Source: Botryllus schlosseri (taxonomy: Eukaryota). From it: a DNA stretch of 64,000 nt. The stretch covers positions 30,382,001-30,446,000 of the forward strand of contig CM119371.1 of NCBI GenBank assembly GCA_051294905.1. The letters run 5' to 3'. The stretch's first letter is position 1; every line of letters starts with the position of its first letter. The translations under genes were made by a program, and so were the position numbers. The notes beneath the pieces were generated by a model that saw only the letters and a program-made list of their open reading frames with translations, searched no databases and had not been told where the DNA came from. Below, one piece after another: positions 50,901 through 62,900 of this stretch.

Positions 50901-53900
50901 GGACAAATATATGTCATCACCATCCCAGAATATATAGATGACACGTAACTATAGGGTTGCATTTAAAAAAATCGTTGTTTAAGACACTATGTTTAGAACA
51001 TGTTTTAAACAGTGTTTTGAACAAAGGCCATTGTGTTTTTTTTTCAAGTTGTAAAATCACGCCATAATTGAGTAAATACCTTCCAAAAAACATGTTGTAT
51101 CAGCCTACGGACAATTACCACCCGATATAGCCCGCGTCAAAGAAGCTATATTCACCCTATATTTTCAATTGTAAATGTTAATCCACTGTGACGTCACAAT
51201 TGAATATCCGTGACGCCATAGCTTGAAAAAAACAAAATAAAACGTAAAAAAAACATGTTTCCAAAAAGGGACTAGTTTTAAACAGGTCTGTTTAAAACTG
51301 ATTTTTGTTTTAAATGCCACCCTAGACGTGATCCTTATCGCTGAAGTTAATCCGAAATTTTTAGATTAGCAGGACACGGCAAGGCCTCTCATGAATTGAA
51401 TAATATCCCAATGATAAACCTTGGTGGAGCCATCAGGTTTGGTGATGTAGACTTGCAGATTCCCAGACTCTACGGACAGATCTCCTTCGACAAGCGCCGG
51501 CAGTTTGCCCACATTCTTCACTCTCGCCTCGAAACTAAGCAGCTGGCCCTGAAAAGATATTTACAAGTTGAAATCACACTGACTCGATTTGAATCGGGTA
51601 CAGCGTCTTAGATTTAACGGGGTGTGAAGGGAGTCACGTTCTTTCACACATTTTGTGATTTTCATGATTTATATAAAACTGGAAACATGATTACGATCCA
51701 AGTTATGTTTGGAAATCCAGTTTTCATTAACCGGCATGGGCACATGCCTATCCGTTTTACAAGTTCAATGGTAAGTTTTGAATACGTTCAATTGTACTAC
51801 ACTATTTGTGAAAAGAGTGTAAAGGTGCGACGCGAAAAACGAACCTACTACAGAATTTAGAAACGCCGTTCACGGGGCTTCGATCGAATATTTCACCCGA
51901 TTTGTTAGCGTCTGAACAGCATTTCCTTGTCAGTGTCTTTGTTCTAAGTGCCCACGTTACTTCATACTCTATTTGTGCTTATTCTAATTTGTCAAGCATC
52001 ATTTGGATTAAAGTGTTTCATTTGACGGCTACTACGGTGCAACTGGTTCGAACAGGGCTGTAAATATGCCTTGTATTACACACACATTTGTCGAATCCGA
52101 ACGCACGTTGACGAAAGACACTCAGAACCTGTATACCAGTGGTTCTCAACCTTTTTGTCTTCGCGGACCCCTTTCGGACCGTCACGGAGCCCCACAAAGT
52201 TTCAGTTCAGATTTAGCTCAATTATCGAGCAATCGTCTTCTGTCTTGTGCAAATGATAACTGCAGGCTTAGTGATAAACAGCAAAAAAATGACTTTTCTT
52301 GAAAATAAGATCATACTATCCATGTAGAAATTGAGTTGACTTCTATTACTTCAAAGCGAATTCTGTAATTGCATTTCTTGAAATACGTGGTCGCGTCTTG
52401 AAAATCGGCGCCTTCGATAGGATATCAACGAGTGCCGAAAATGCAATTCCACAAATGTAGGTGGTGGCGAATGTAATAACAACGCGTAACGCTTCCGACG
52501 ACACATTTGGGTATGATCGCAACAAATATGACACCAAAATTGACAAACTAATTTTTTAATGACCATATAACGTCAAGCATGGTCATTTCTATCTAGGAGC
52601 TAATCTTGAAGTTATTATGGAAGAATGGTTATATATACCACAGTAAAAAAGGGATTTTTGTAAAAATTTCGAAGTCACCGTGATTGACCTTACCCATCCA
52701 ACTTTTTTCCACAATCGCCAACAAAACATCTCTAAACAGAAAAATGTGTGTACCCGAATAGGCTATTGGCAATTTATCAATTGAAATGAGTCTGCACAGT
52801 AGGATATGTCATCTCAGAGTGCCATTCTGTTGATGTGAGCTCTGGAGTTCTACTAGTAATGAAGCGAAACTGCCTCGTGATTTTCCGAAATAAAAAATAC
52901 ACAAGTTAGCTTATCAACTATTTTGAGGCTTCGCGGACCCCCGGTTGGGAATCGAACCACTGCTGTATACCATCACCTTTTGGTACTTCTCGGGTAATTT
53001 CAGATCGAGCGCTATTTTCCTGTTCGGCTTAGCCTTCGGCTTTGCCTGGTCTTGATACCCGGCTTCCATATCGTAATCATCGTCGTCGTCAGCTAGTTTT
53101 GCGTCTGGCGCCTCGGACTTGACGCTGTATCCCGGGCCCATGACGGAAGCCAACAGGTCTTCGCTACAGGCTGCTCTGAACACCTGGAAATGGGGAAGAG
53201 GTAGGTTATCAGAAGACACGTTAGTCAGTAATGATACATAATCTACTTTATCGGTATATCCTCCAGCATATTGTGAATGCTTGAGTAGTCATTTACGTTG
53301 GTACTCTACTTCTACCTGACTACTTTGACAACATCTTTAAGTAACGCAGTAATTGACAGGACGTAGTCGTAAGTTTTGCCAAGCAAACAATATAATATTA
53401 ACCAATATGCTTAATATTTATAATATCATCTAGAACAGTGCTCTTAAACCTTTTTTGGAGGGGTGCACCATTCAAAGTTGTTGCTTTGACTCATGCACCA
53501 TTGCCATGTCAAGCTACATAAATTGCGCGTGTCAACAACAAAAAAAGTCATCACTGTCATCCATTTGTAAGAAATAGATGTTCATGCTCCTTAATATATG
53601 TGTATTGTGTACCATTAAAAACGTCGTCACTTTACTGTGGCTGCCGAATATTGGTTCATTCATCAAGGCTGGTTATTGAAATTAGGTCGACAAAATCTCG
53701 GGTTTCAACCCCTGGATAAAAACTACTGACTTCAAGTGCAATGTTTCTCATGCACCCCTGTGCACTCTTTTGTGCATCCCGTGCTGTTTTCATGCACCAT
53801 GAGGTGCAGCTTACACACCGATTGGCGAGCACTGAGCTAGAGTTATCATCAGCGTTTTCTTTGCAATGTGCAGATTCATTGCTATAGCAGCGATTGTAGA

Positions 53901-56900
53901 CATTGGAATTCCATGCAAAAGTGTGACGTACCTTGGTGGGAGAGTGTCTCAGAATCATCAACTCCTGGTCGCTGAAAGTGTACGAGAAGTTTCGGTAAAA
54001 CGAGCCTGGCTCTTTACCGACGTCGTAGCGGTGCGCGTAGTTCATCCACGACAGTGAATCGGGAGCGCCTGTCACAAACTCAAATGTTATTTTGAAGGAA
54101 TGTAGCAAAAAAATCAAGTAACAATATATGGCCTATAGAAGTATTCCCAAACTAGCGTACTATACCTATCATATTTGTCCTCGTCTCATACCTATATATT
54201 CTTAGCGAGAAGAGTGTGCATTTACTGCCGAAAGGCGCTACAGCAAAACAGAATCCAGGGGGGATTCAGAAACCACCCCATTCTCGGGGTGTCGGTGGAA
54301 TATGTCACAAGATTTGTAAGCCAATGAACAGTATTTCCTTGTTTGTGCGTTTCAATTTAGAGCCAATTTGAGACAATCATCCTTATCAATCGGCATTTTT
54401 CTTTCTCTGTATGTATATATTCAAACGTTAGCTTGGTTCGTTTAGCTACTTTGCGGTAGACACTGTTCTGATTGATTCGTGTGTGAAGCATTGTTAGAAA
54501 TTCTACGTCCTGATATGCGGACATTCGTCCTTGCTCCGTTTGTGCTTATTGCAATTTGTCAGCATCATCCGGATTGAAAGTTGTGTTTGATTTAAACCTC
54601 GGTATAATTATGCGATGCGTTGTTTTCGTACACCACCTTTTGGGTGTGAAAACACACTTACTTCACAGCAGCCCTTCAGTAAGTGTGTACCCGCGAATAT
54701 AGCACGGCTTTCAAACTCAATAGAGAGGAAGGCACACTGTTCCAGCTTGATATCGAGGGCACGGGCTGCACAAATACAGCCCCGAGATCGGTGGAAGTCC
54801 CAACGATTTTCCGCGGAGGCAATATATTGGGTGGCGTAGCGGTATTGGAGTAGTTGGCTGTAGTAAGGCACCAAATTTTCGATTTAACTTACAAAAATTA
54901 ACTAGCCCTTGGTTTACGGTATACGAGGGAAATCGGGACGCATGTCATTATCGAGCTCTGTTGCGTATCAAAATAGTAGGGATGGTGTGAACCTCTGAAA
55001 GGTTCAGGTTCGTGTGAACGCGAACCTTTTTGAAATGTTCTGTGTGAACGCGAACGTGAACCTCATGACGTCACGTGACGTCATATTGCTAATTCCAACC
55101 CTACATTTCAGTGAAGTGATAGCCGATATTAAAGGGGCACTGCGCTCTAAAAATGATGTGGTCTCAAATTGAAGGTAAAAACGAACAAAAATTTTTGGCC
55201 GCAGCCATTTCCTTCAGAACGCCACCGTAATGGAGCTGCAATTTATTGAAATTTCTACAAGACCTGCTGCCGCGGCTGCTTAACCCGTTACATGGCACGA
55301 TGTCTTCATCGTCGCACTTGCTCGACGCGATTAGGCAGTCACGCAGAGAACGAATTTTAGATAGTTGTCAGCCGATGTTATGAAGGAAATGTGTCTAAGT
55401 TTCGTTCTCTGCGTGACTGCCTTATCGCGTCGAGCAAGTGCGACGATGAAGATATCGTGCCATGTAACGGGTTAAGCAGCCGCGGCAGCAGGTCTTGTAG
55501 AAATTTCAATAAATTGCAGCTCCATTACGGTGGCGTTCTGAAGGAAATGGCTGCGGCCAAAAATTTTTGTTCGTTTTTACCTTCAATTTGAGACCACATC
55601 ATTTTTAGAGCGCAGTGCCCCTTTAATGTGCACGATACCTAGCGACGCCTGAGGCCACATAAGGCCAGAATGCTGAAGTAGATGGTGACGTTTAAACGTC
55701 GCCAAATGTATCAACTGGAGCAAACAAATGATAATTAATCCCATAAAATTAATATCTTCCGTCGCTTTGACAACAATTTCGACGAGGACTTGCAAGGAAT
55801 ATAAGCTTACGCCTTAGCGGTCTCAGCCAGACCGGACAATGTATTCGGCATCTGAGTAGATTGCTATGGGCAGAGTGTACAACGGGTTTCTCTACTCGCT
55901 ACCGATATTACTCCGTTAACAAGTTATACAGCAGTAACCCACACCCCAATCGCACGGATTTGGTTTTTATGATACAATAAGCACATGAAATCAAGATTAA
56001 CCCCGTTCGCCGGCTAGATTTTTTACATCAGACAACGCTATCAATCTCATTGATTGGTTGAATAAGCATCATTCTCTGAATACCTTCATGTAGTGTATTT
56101 CGCTCTTGATGTAGTGTAATTGCGAATCAATCTCAACTTTTGTAACAAAGCAAGTACAATTTTTGATATTGTCAAGGTGCATGATCGTTTAGTGTTGATT
56201 TTTTACGCTGCCAGCGTCATGCATATAGTTGCCCGCAGTTTGAATGCAATAGATTTCATCCAGAGATGTTATAACGAAGTGAAAATTGTAATTTCTGAAA
56301 AAGGTTCACAGGCAGAACCAACCAAGGTTCTTTTGTGAACGTGAACCTCTAAATTTCTGAGGTTCACACACAGAACGCGAACGTGAACCTCGCGTTCACA
56401 CCATCCCTACAAAATAGTCTACTTTTCCCTGAAAAAAATTAGTTAAGTCTTGGAAACTACTACTTATTGTGGATTGGTAATATATGACACTACTTATTAT
56501 TGAACTGAATTATAGCTGCAGCTACCATGACTACATCAGCGTAATATGTGATTTAACTACAAAAATGGCTGTTAATATCGTCCCAATTCTACAACCACAT
56601 ACCAACTTCGAATGGGTGTTTCAGTCCCAGGCAGTGGCCACACTCGTGCACGAGATAATGCAGCAGACGGCGATGTGCCTCGGCCCTTCTCTTCGGACAA
56701 GACGCCTCCAGTCCTTTGAATGATCTGTGCCTAGAATATAACGATATTCAATAATGTATCTGGAATGAACATAGGGCTTTCTATTCCCATAAAACATTGA
56801 TCTTGCCAATGATCCGTTAGATCAATACTAATCCTTTATTTAATCTTGTTTATATTGCTGTTGTTTGTATATTCTCTAAACTGTTATAGTAGTTCTTGAA

Positions 56901-59900
56901 ATGAAAACAGCAACATTAGGTTGATTAGTTCCGTGTGATCCAGACTATATGCAATTATGCATATTCACCCACACATTATTAACAATCAAACTACACGGAC
57001 TGAAAATATTTCACTTTGAATTGACTCGAAATTGGAAAACATCAGAACACTTGATTTAGACTTGCGTCAAATTTGCGCGACTTGACGCATGACTTGACTT
57101 GAAAATTTTTAAAATGTATTGGCTGGACTCGAGTCAAAATATGCAGCGACTAGAAATGATTTGTGACTCCAAGGCAGTGACTTGATCCCTACACTGAATC
57201 GAGTCAACTTCAAAATTTGAGTGGCTTGACTGAAGACTTGGCAAGAAACAATTTCAAATGAATCGTTTTGTCGCGAGTAAAAATACGCAGTGACTAGAAA
57301 TGACTTGTGGCTTGAAGTTAGTGACTTAACCCTGACATCGGGTTCAACCTCAGTTTAAACGCAAGTTCCAGCTCAAAGAACGTTTCTGATGGTTGACACG
57401 TGCGGCTGTTGTCGGAAAGACTTTGCACAGTACTCACTTCGTGAACAGCCCAAATCCATGTTTGCCTCTCTTGTCAAACGAGAACCCCATGAACCTCTTG
57501 TCGGGTGGCACAGTGCCCAGCATGCACCAGATGTTCTCATCGGCACTCTCCGACTCGTCAAAGTAAGCCATCATCACCTCATACAGATCGGCCTTCGTCC
57601 ACGGATCGTGAGGGGTCGGATCGTCAACCTGAAAACGAATAGCGCTTCTTTATCAGCTGTTCTCATCTTCAACCGAAGTTGGAAAACTAGAAAATTTACA
57701 GGTTTTCAAAATTAGATTCTAAGTAGAATTGTAGCCACGCAGTGTCTACAAACTAGATTAGAATTAGAATTGCCGAATCAAAAATAGTCAACCGACTCAC
57801 AATTACAGCCTATCGCATAATGCTTGAAAAAATTCAACCCCATACTGAGGTATATCTCACTGCGCCCGTGGAAATGTCTCCGTGGACTTCGGAGAGATAC
57901 ACAGTTTAGAAATACGCCCCTTATACTCATAAGTGCCTGAAATGTTGACTTTTATGGAGAGCATACCTTTTCACAGTCGTTCTCGTTGAAAATCAGCTTC
58001 AAGCCGGCATCTTCAAAAGCAGAAAACGGATCGAGCTTCCTATCACGCAAAACGCGCGGGGTGTCGCGAAGATCTTTCAAGCTGATGGTGGGCCAGATGA
58101 ACTTATCGGTGTAGTCAATGTCCAACTTGACCTCCTTGAAGAACTGAAAAGGATGCATTACAACTTGATCAATCGGCATCTAGTCGATCTGCAATATTCC
58201 TTAGCCCATTTTCAATTCAGTAATTCCTATTATCATTTATAACAGCGGTTAACAACCGGGGGAAATTCCCCCCTTGGGGATAATTTTGGAATTTTTAGGG
58301 GGAATCTGGCTTTAGGGTTGCATCGGAAGATACATTGGGTTCACAAGGCTTTTAAATTTTTATGGTAGAACTGTTAAGCATGGAACTAGTGCCATAGTAG
58401 TTCTTTACAATTGTATGTTTCTTAGTTGGATTTTAAGCTAGGTAGATGCCTTCCGTAAATATTACACGCCCTGATAAAGTGAGGCCCGCGAGACGATTTC
58501 GTTGGGCCCGTGACAGCCTCTCGACCAAATTACTACTAAGCAGGAAAAAGTCAAGCCGAATTTTGCACAAGTCCGCTGGTAAAAACGTCTACCTTAAAAG
58601 CCAACACATGAGCAAACGTGAAACACATACCAAATTAATCGATTCAGCTCAAGGCCATGGTAAGCGGACTTGGTGATTTATTTTTCGTCAGCGGCTACCC
58701 GACCGGCAAAAACAAGTCAAATCGAGCTGTACCGTACTAAAGTGTAGTGCATGCGGTCCGCACTCGACAAAGTTCTGACGTATCTGAATATGTTTGGCCA
58801 TACATTGCTCAGTCAACAAATGGTTGCGCGTTAAAAACACCTTTTTTTAGCCACAGACAGCTTTTTCATAGGGTGGAATTTTAACTCAAATATTGGCCAA
58901 GGGGTCCACGAGACGAAAAAGGTTGGGAACCAGTTATTTATTAGTTCGTTGTGTTTTAGTTGGTTATTGTTGCGGAGTTTTAAAGGTCGTCAGTTGTACT
59001 TCTCGTTTTATAGTTGTAGCTTTTGAAAAGTGAGCAGTTTTCGTTCTAGTTTTAGTTGCACATTTTGACAATCCAGTAGTTTTTACAATACTGACACTAA
59101 CACACGCATACCTTTCCAGTTCTTTCCAGATCGTAAGACACTTTCTGTTGACCTTTGATCATGATGTCAAGTTTTGCCGTCCATTTCGTCCCAGCGTTCT
59201 GGCGTAGCGCGAGATTGATCTTGCCGCCGACACGCGAGCCTGTGCTGAAAACGGCCTTGATCCCGGCCGTCACCGTGTACGTATCGGGTTCGCCTCTGGT
59301 CACTTTCAGGGTCATCGGCATGATTTTGAAATACATCGACGCTGGCCTGCGTGACAAGTGCTATCATCGACAAGAATGATTTAGACTTAGTGAGATTAGG
59401 CACACTCAGAAAGCTTTCGTAACAATTATTTCACCACATACTTTTGTGTCCGAGCGAAAATGAAAGGCTGGCCTATATTTTTTTGATATATAGGCATTGG
59501 GGCTGTTCACAAAAGCCAGGGATATATAGAACTCTATATATCCCTGACAAAAGCTTTCATATTCCTACTACATTGTTGCGACAAAAGACACTTCCAGGTA
59601 TTGGCTTTCACTTGTTGAATACATTTTCTTATATTTTACCCGCTTGTCAGTGTAGGCTATTTCCTCTTCGAGGTTGCCAATTACAGTGTGGAAAGAATCT
59701 CAATTGAGAACTATATCACCATCGTTTGTAAAGGGCTATTTTATGAAAAATACTGCCTTCCAGCTGGTCAGCGTCGTGATTTCTTCTATTGTATGCAATT
59801 TCTTTATCTAAACCAGTGGTTCCCAACGCGGTCGATATTGTCCTCCAGCGGGCGATTTTTAGAAACAAGGGGGCGAAAATACCGAAGGGGCGATTGGGGG

Positions 59901-62900
59901 GAGGGAAGTGTTTGAGCTTCCAGTGATATATATTTAATTACCACGGCCAAAGTGCACGTGCAGACGGCTTATTCACGTGAACACAACGGGAAGCAGACGC
60001 GGAAACTGGTTTACCGAGCACCTACACTAGGAAAATTACTTTCTTGGGCCAATTCACCAGCCATTAGAGTTAGGTGAATCAATTTCCGTTTATACGTCCT
60101 CTTATTCGGATCCCTAATTATGGGGGAGGGGCGAAGATTTGTGTCGAGCATGGTAAGGGGCGACGAGCCGAAAATGGTTGGGAACCACTAATCTGAACGC
60201 TACCACAGGCGCATTTCCGGATGCAAATGCGTGAGAGGGGCATGCCCATTCATTCAGGCACACCTTCAACACGGTGTTTAGTCGTGGTGAAGTGACGAAA
60301 TTTGTCATCGTAAATACTATTATATCCAGACGCGGGCGGAATGTAAATTGTGATCAAAGTGACAAATGTCATGCTTCAAGTGTTACCTAATTTCTACAGT
60401 TTTGGATAGAAGCCTCGTATTCTTACCATGAATACGGGCCACTACTCCTTCTGCTGACTGTGCCGCTAACCATATCCAACGACTTGGTGTATTTGCCGGT
60501 TTTGTCAATGTCGACTATAAGCTGAATGTCTGCGGTGCGGTCCATGCCTTCGTAACACCCACTGCACGGATTTGCCACCGCTGTAACAAAGTAGAACACA
60601 TAAGCGCATGTTATCGACTTATCTCACGATGTGTGCTTGAAATACGTTAGTATGATGCAAGCATCCGTGCAAAATGGATGTGGAATACAGATGGCATGCT
60701 AGAAACGACCCTGCTCCTGCCGCCGTATGGCCATATTTCTCTATAGGCATTAGGCATATGAGTAGTCGACATGTTGTGATTATACAGGTATAAAGAGGCA
60801 GTTTTGCTAGTTTTGATTACCTGTCTTGTTGCTCAACGCAGAATGAAGATTACTGTGATGTTTAGTAGGCTACCCTACGCGTACCGGAGAAGTACATGTT
60901 GTGTATTTTAGGCCTGGATCTAATACACGAAGGTCACTTATTCTCTGTAACGTGATTATTCCTTTTATTTGGTAATAGAATTGGACTTTCGACTTTAAAA
61001 ATGTTTGGATTTTGATGGAGTTGGACTGAATTGAAAATGTCAGGACTGGATCAGGACTGAAAAATATCACAGTCCGCTCATCACTGCTGCTCACCACAAA
61101 GTAAAATGACAGATTTTCCTCAGACTCAAGTAAACAGATATTTACTGCTCTAAAGTGTCTTTAAATGATTGCCTTAAGCCTCCACCTCTGTATTTTAACA
61201 TGCCTGTTCATCGTTTTTGGGTGACCACAACTCACGTGCACTGATTGACTTCTTTTACGGATTCTGGATTGGAAACGTATGACATAACAATTTAAACACG
61301 GACCGAGTAATTCGTAATGTAACAATGACGACAAACAAGTTCAAAACATTTGGAAACCGTTACTTTTTACTTCAATTGTTACGAGGTACTTTGCTATATT
61401 TGCATAATTTTCAATCGAGATTATACGCACTATACGCGAGGCTACGTAATCACAGTATTAGCGCACAACAGTGTAGGCCTACACACGAGAACAACCAGCC
61501 ATAAACAACATGTTCAACGCATTTCCGGTTCAGTTTAGACAGCCTATATGGTTTTAGTTCAAACATTAGTAGTTTTTATGTTCCAAACTCCAGGCTAATT
61601 TTCGCGGGCCAGTCAGAATCGCGTCGCGAGCCGCACTTTGCCCAGGTCTGCTGTAGACCATTACCGAATTCTATTGATAGGTCTCGTAATGACCGTTAAG
61701 AATCTATTAGTGTGCAGCCTGCCGCCCGCGAATTTAGTTGGTGTGAAAAGTTTGAGACAAGCTGAGTGCGCTTAACAAAAGGCACAAACACACACTATAA
61801 TTGGCATATATGGATTTTGATGTTGAATAATTTCTTCAATGCTATGTTCGCGGGATTTGTGTACCTTAAAACCACAAATGTTTATCGAATTTTAGTGATA
61901 AGTCACGCCATCGCCGTTACTAATTGTGATCGTGGGTCCTGCAACTATTATACATTCAACGCGAATCCCGCGGTTTCAAGGCATGTTTTCATATCTGACT
62001 CACTTTTCAAAACGGTTGCACATCATTGCCGTAAATGATTTTAGAAATGTGGGTGTCACAACAAATGCAACAAATTCAGACATCATACATGCAGATATAA
62101 CAACAACCAACTTGAAGACCTGTTTCATCTTAGCTTATTGTGGACAAAAGGTGTCAGCGTAAAATAAATAATCTGTCTTTAATCGTGATGGCAACGCCAA
62201 ATCTGCGATGAGGCATCAAATTACATATTCAATCCTTCCGTCTATTTATCACTGCGTCAGCAGGGAGCGTACCACAGAGGCCATGTATTGTATACCATTA
62301 CCTCTGACTCTTGTCACCTGATACAGAACCAACTAACAAGTGCTATTCTCGAAGTCATATTCAATCAATTGGTCAAATTATCTTCAGTGTAACTTTCAAG
62401 TCGAACGCCAAATCCATTTCAAAACCACCAATACCTAGGATACCGCTTGTGTTGGGTTAAAGGGACATGATATTCGCGATTCCAACCCACAAAAATGAAA
62501 CGCTGCGATATCCAATGATGAATCAGGAGTCGACTCGCGAAGTAATTTGTGTCTGTTCACAAGTTTTGATCCATACCAAGTGCAAAGTTAGAGAGAAACC
62601 GAAACAAGATTCCCGTGCTTCACCACTCCACTAACCTAGTGGAACTTGTGTCCGGCGCGTAGGAGCGACTGATGTCCGTGCAATTTCTGACACATCACCA
62701 GAGCCCGAGTCTTCGATCCCAATACAAGCATTTAATATTAAAACCAAAATGAATCGGTTACCCCTGCAACTATTTCCACATTATCTACCATCACACTTTA
62801 CTCCAGGGGCGGGCAACTGCTCTAGTCGGCGAGCCGGATATAGGAAAATTAAGTAATTGGTAGGCCGGATTGCTGAATCGATAACATTATTCGCCCATTT

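Noticed and set aside
46517..60580. Bacterial contamination as the explanation for the bacterial-like protease
   Set aside because: The coding sequence is split by many canonical spliceosomal introns containing the same repeat families as the rest of the window.
62302..62317. AG/GT-bounded 16-nt micro-exon candidate in intron 1 of the fusion gene
   Set aside because: It would shift the frame; exon 1 joins exon 2 in frame without it.
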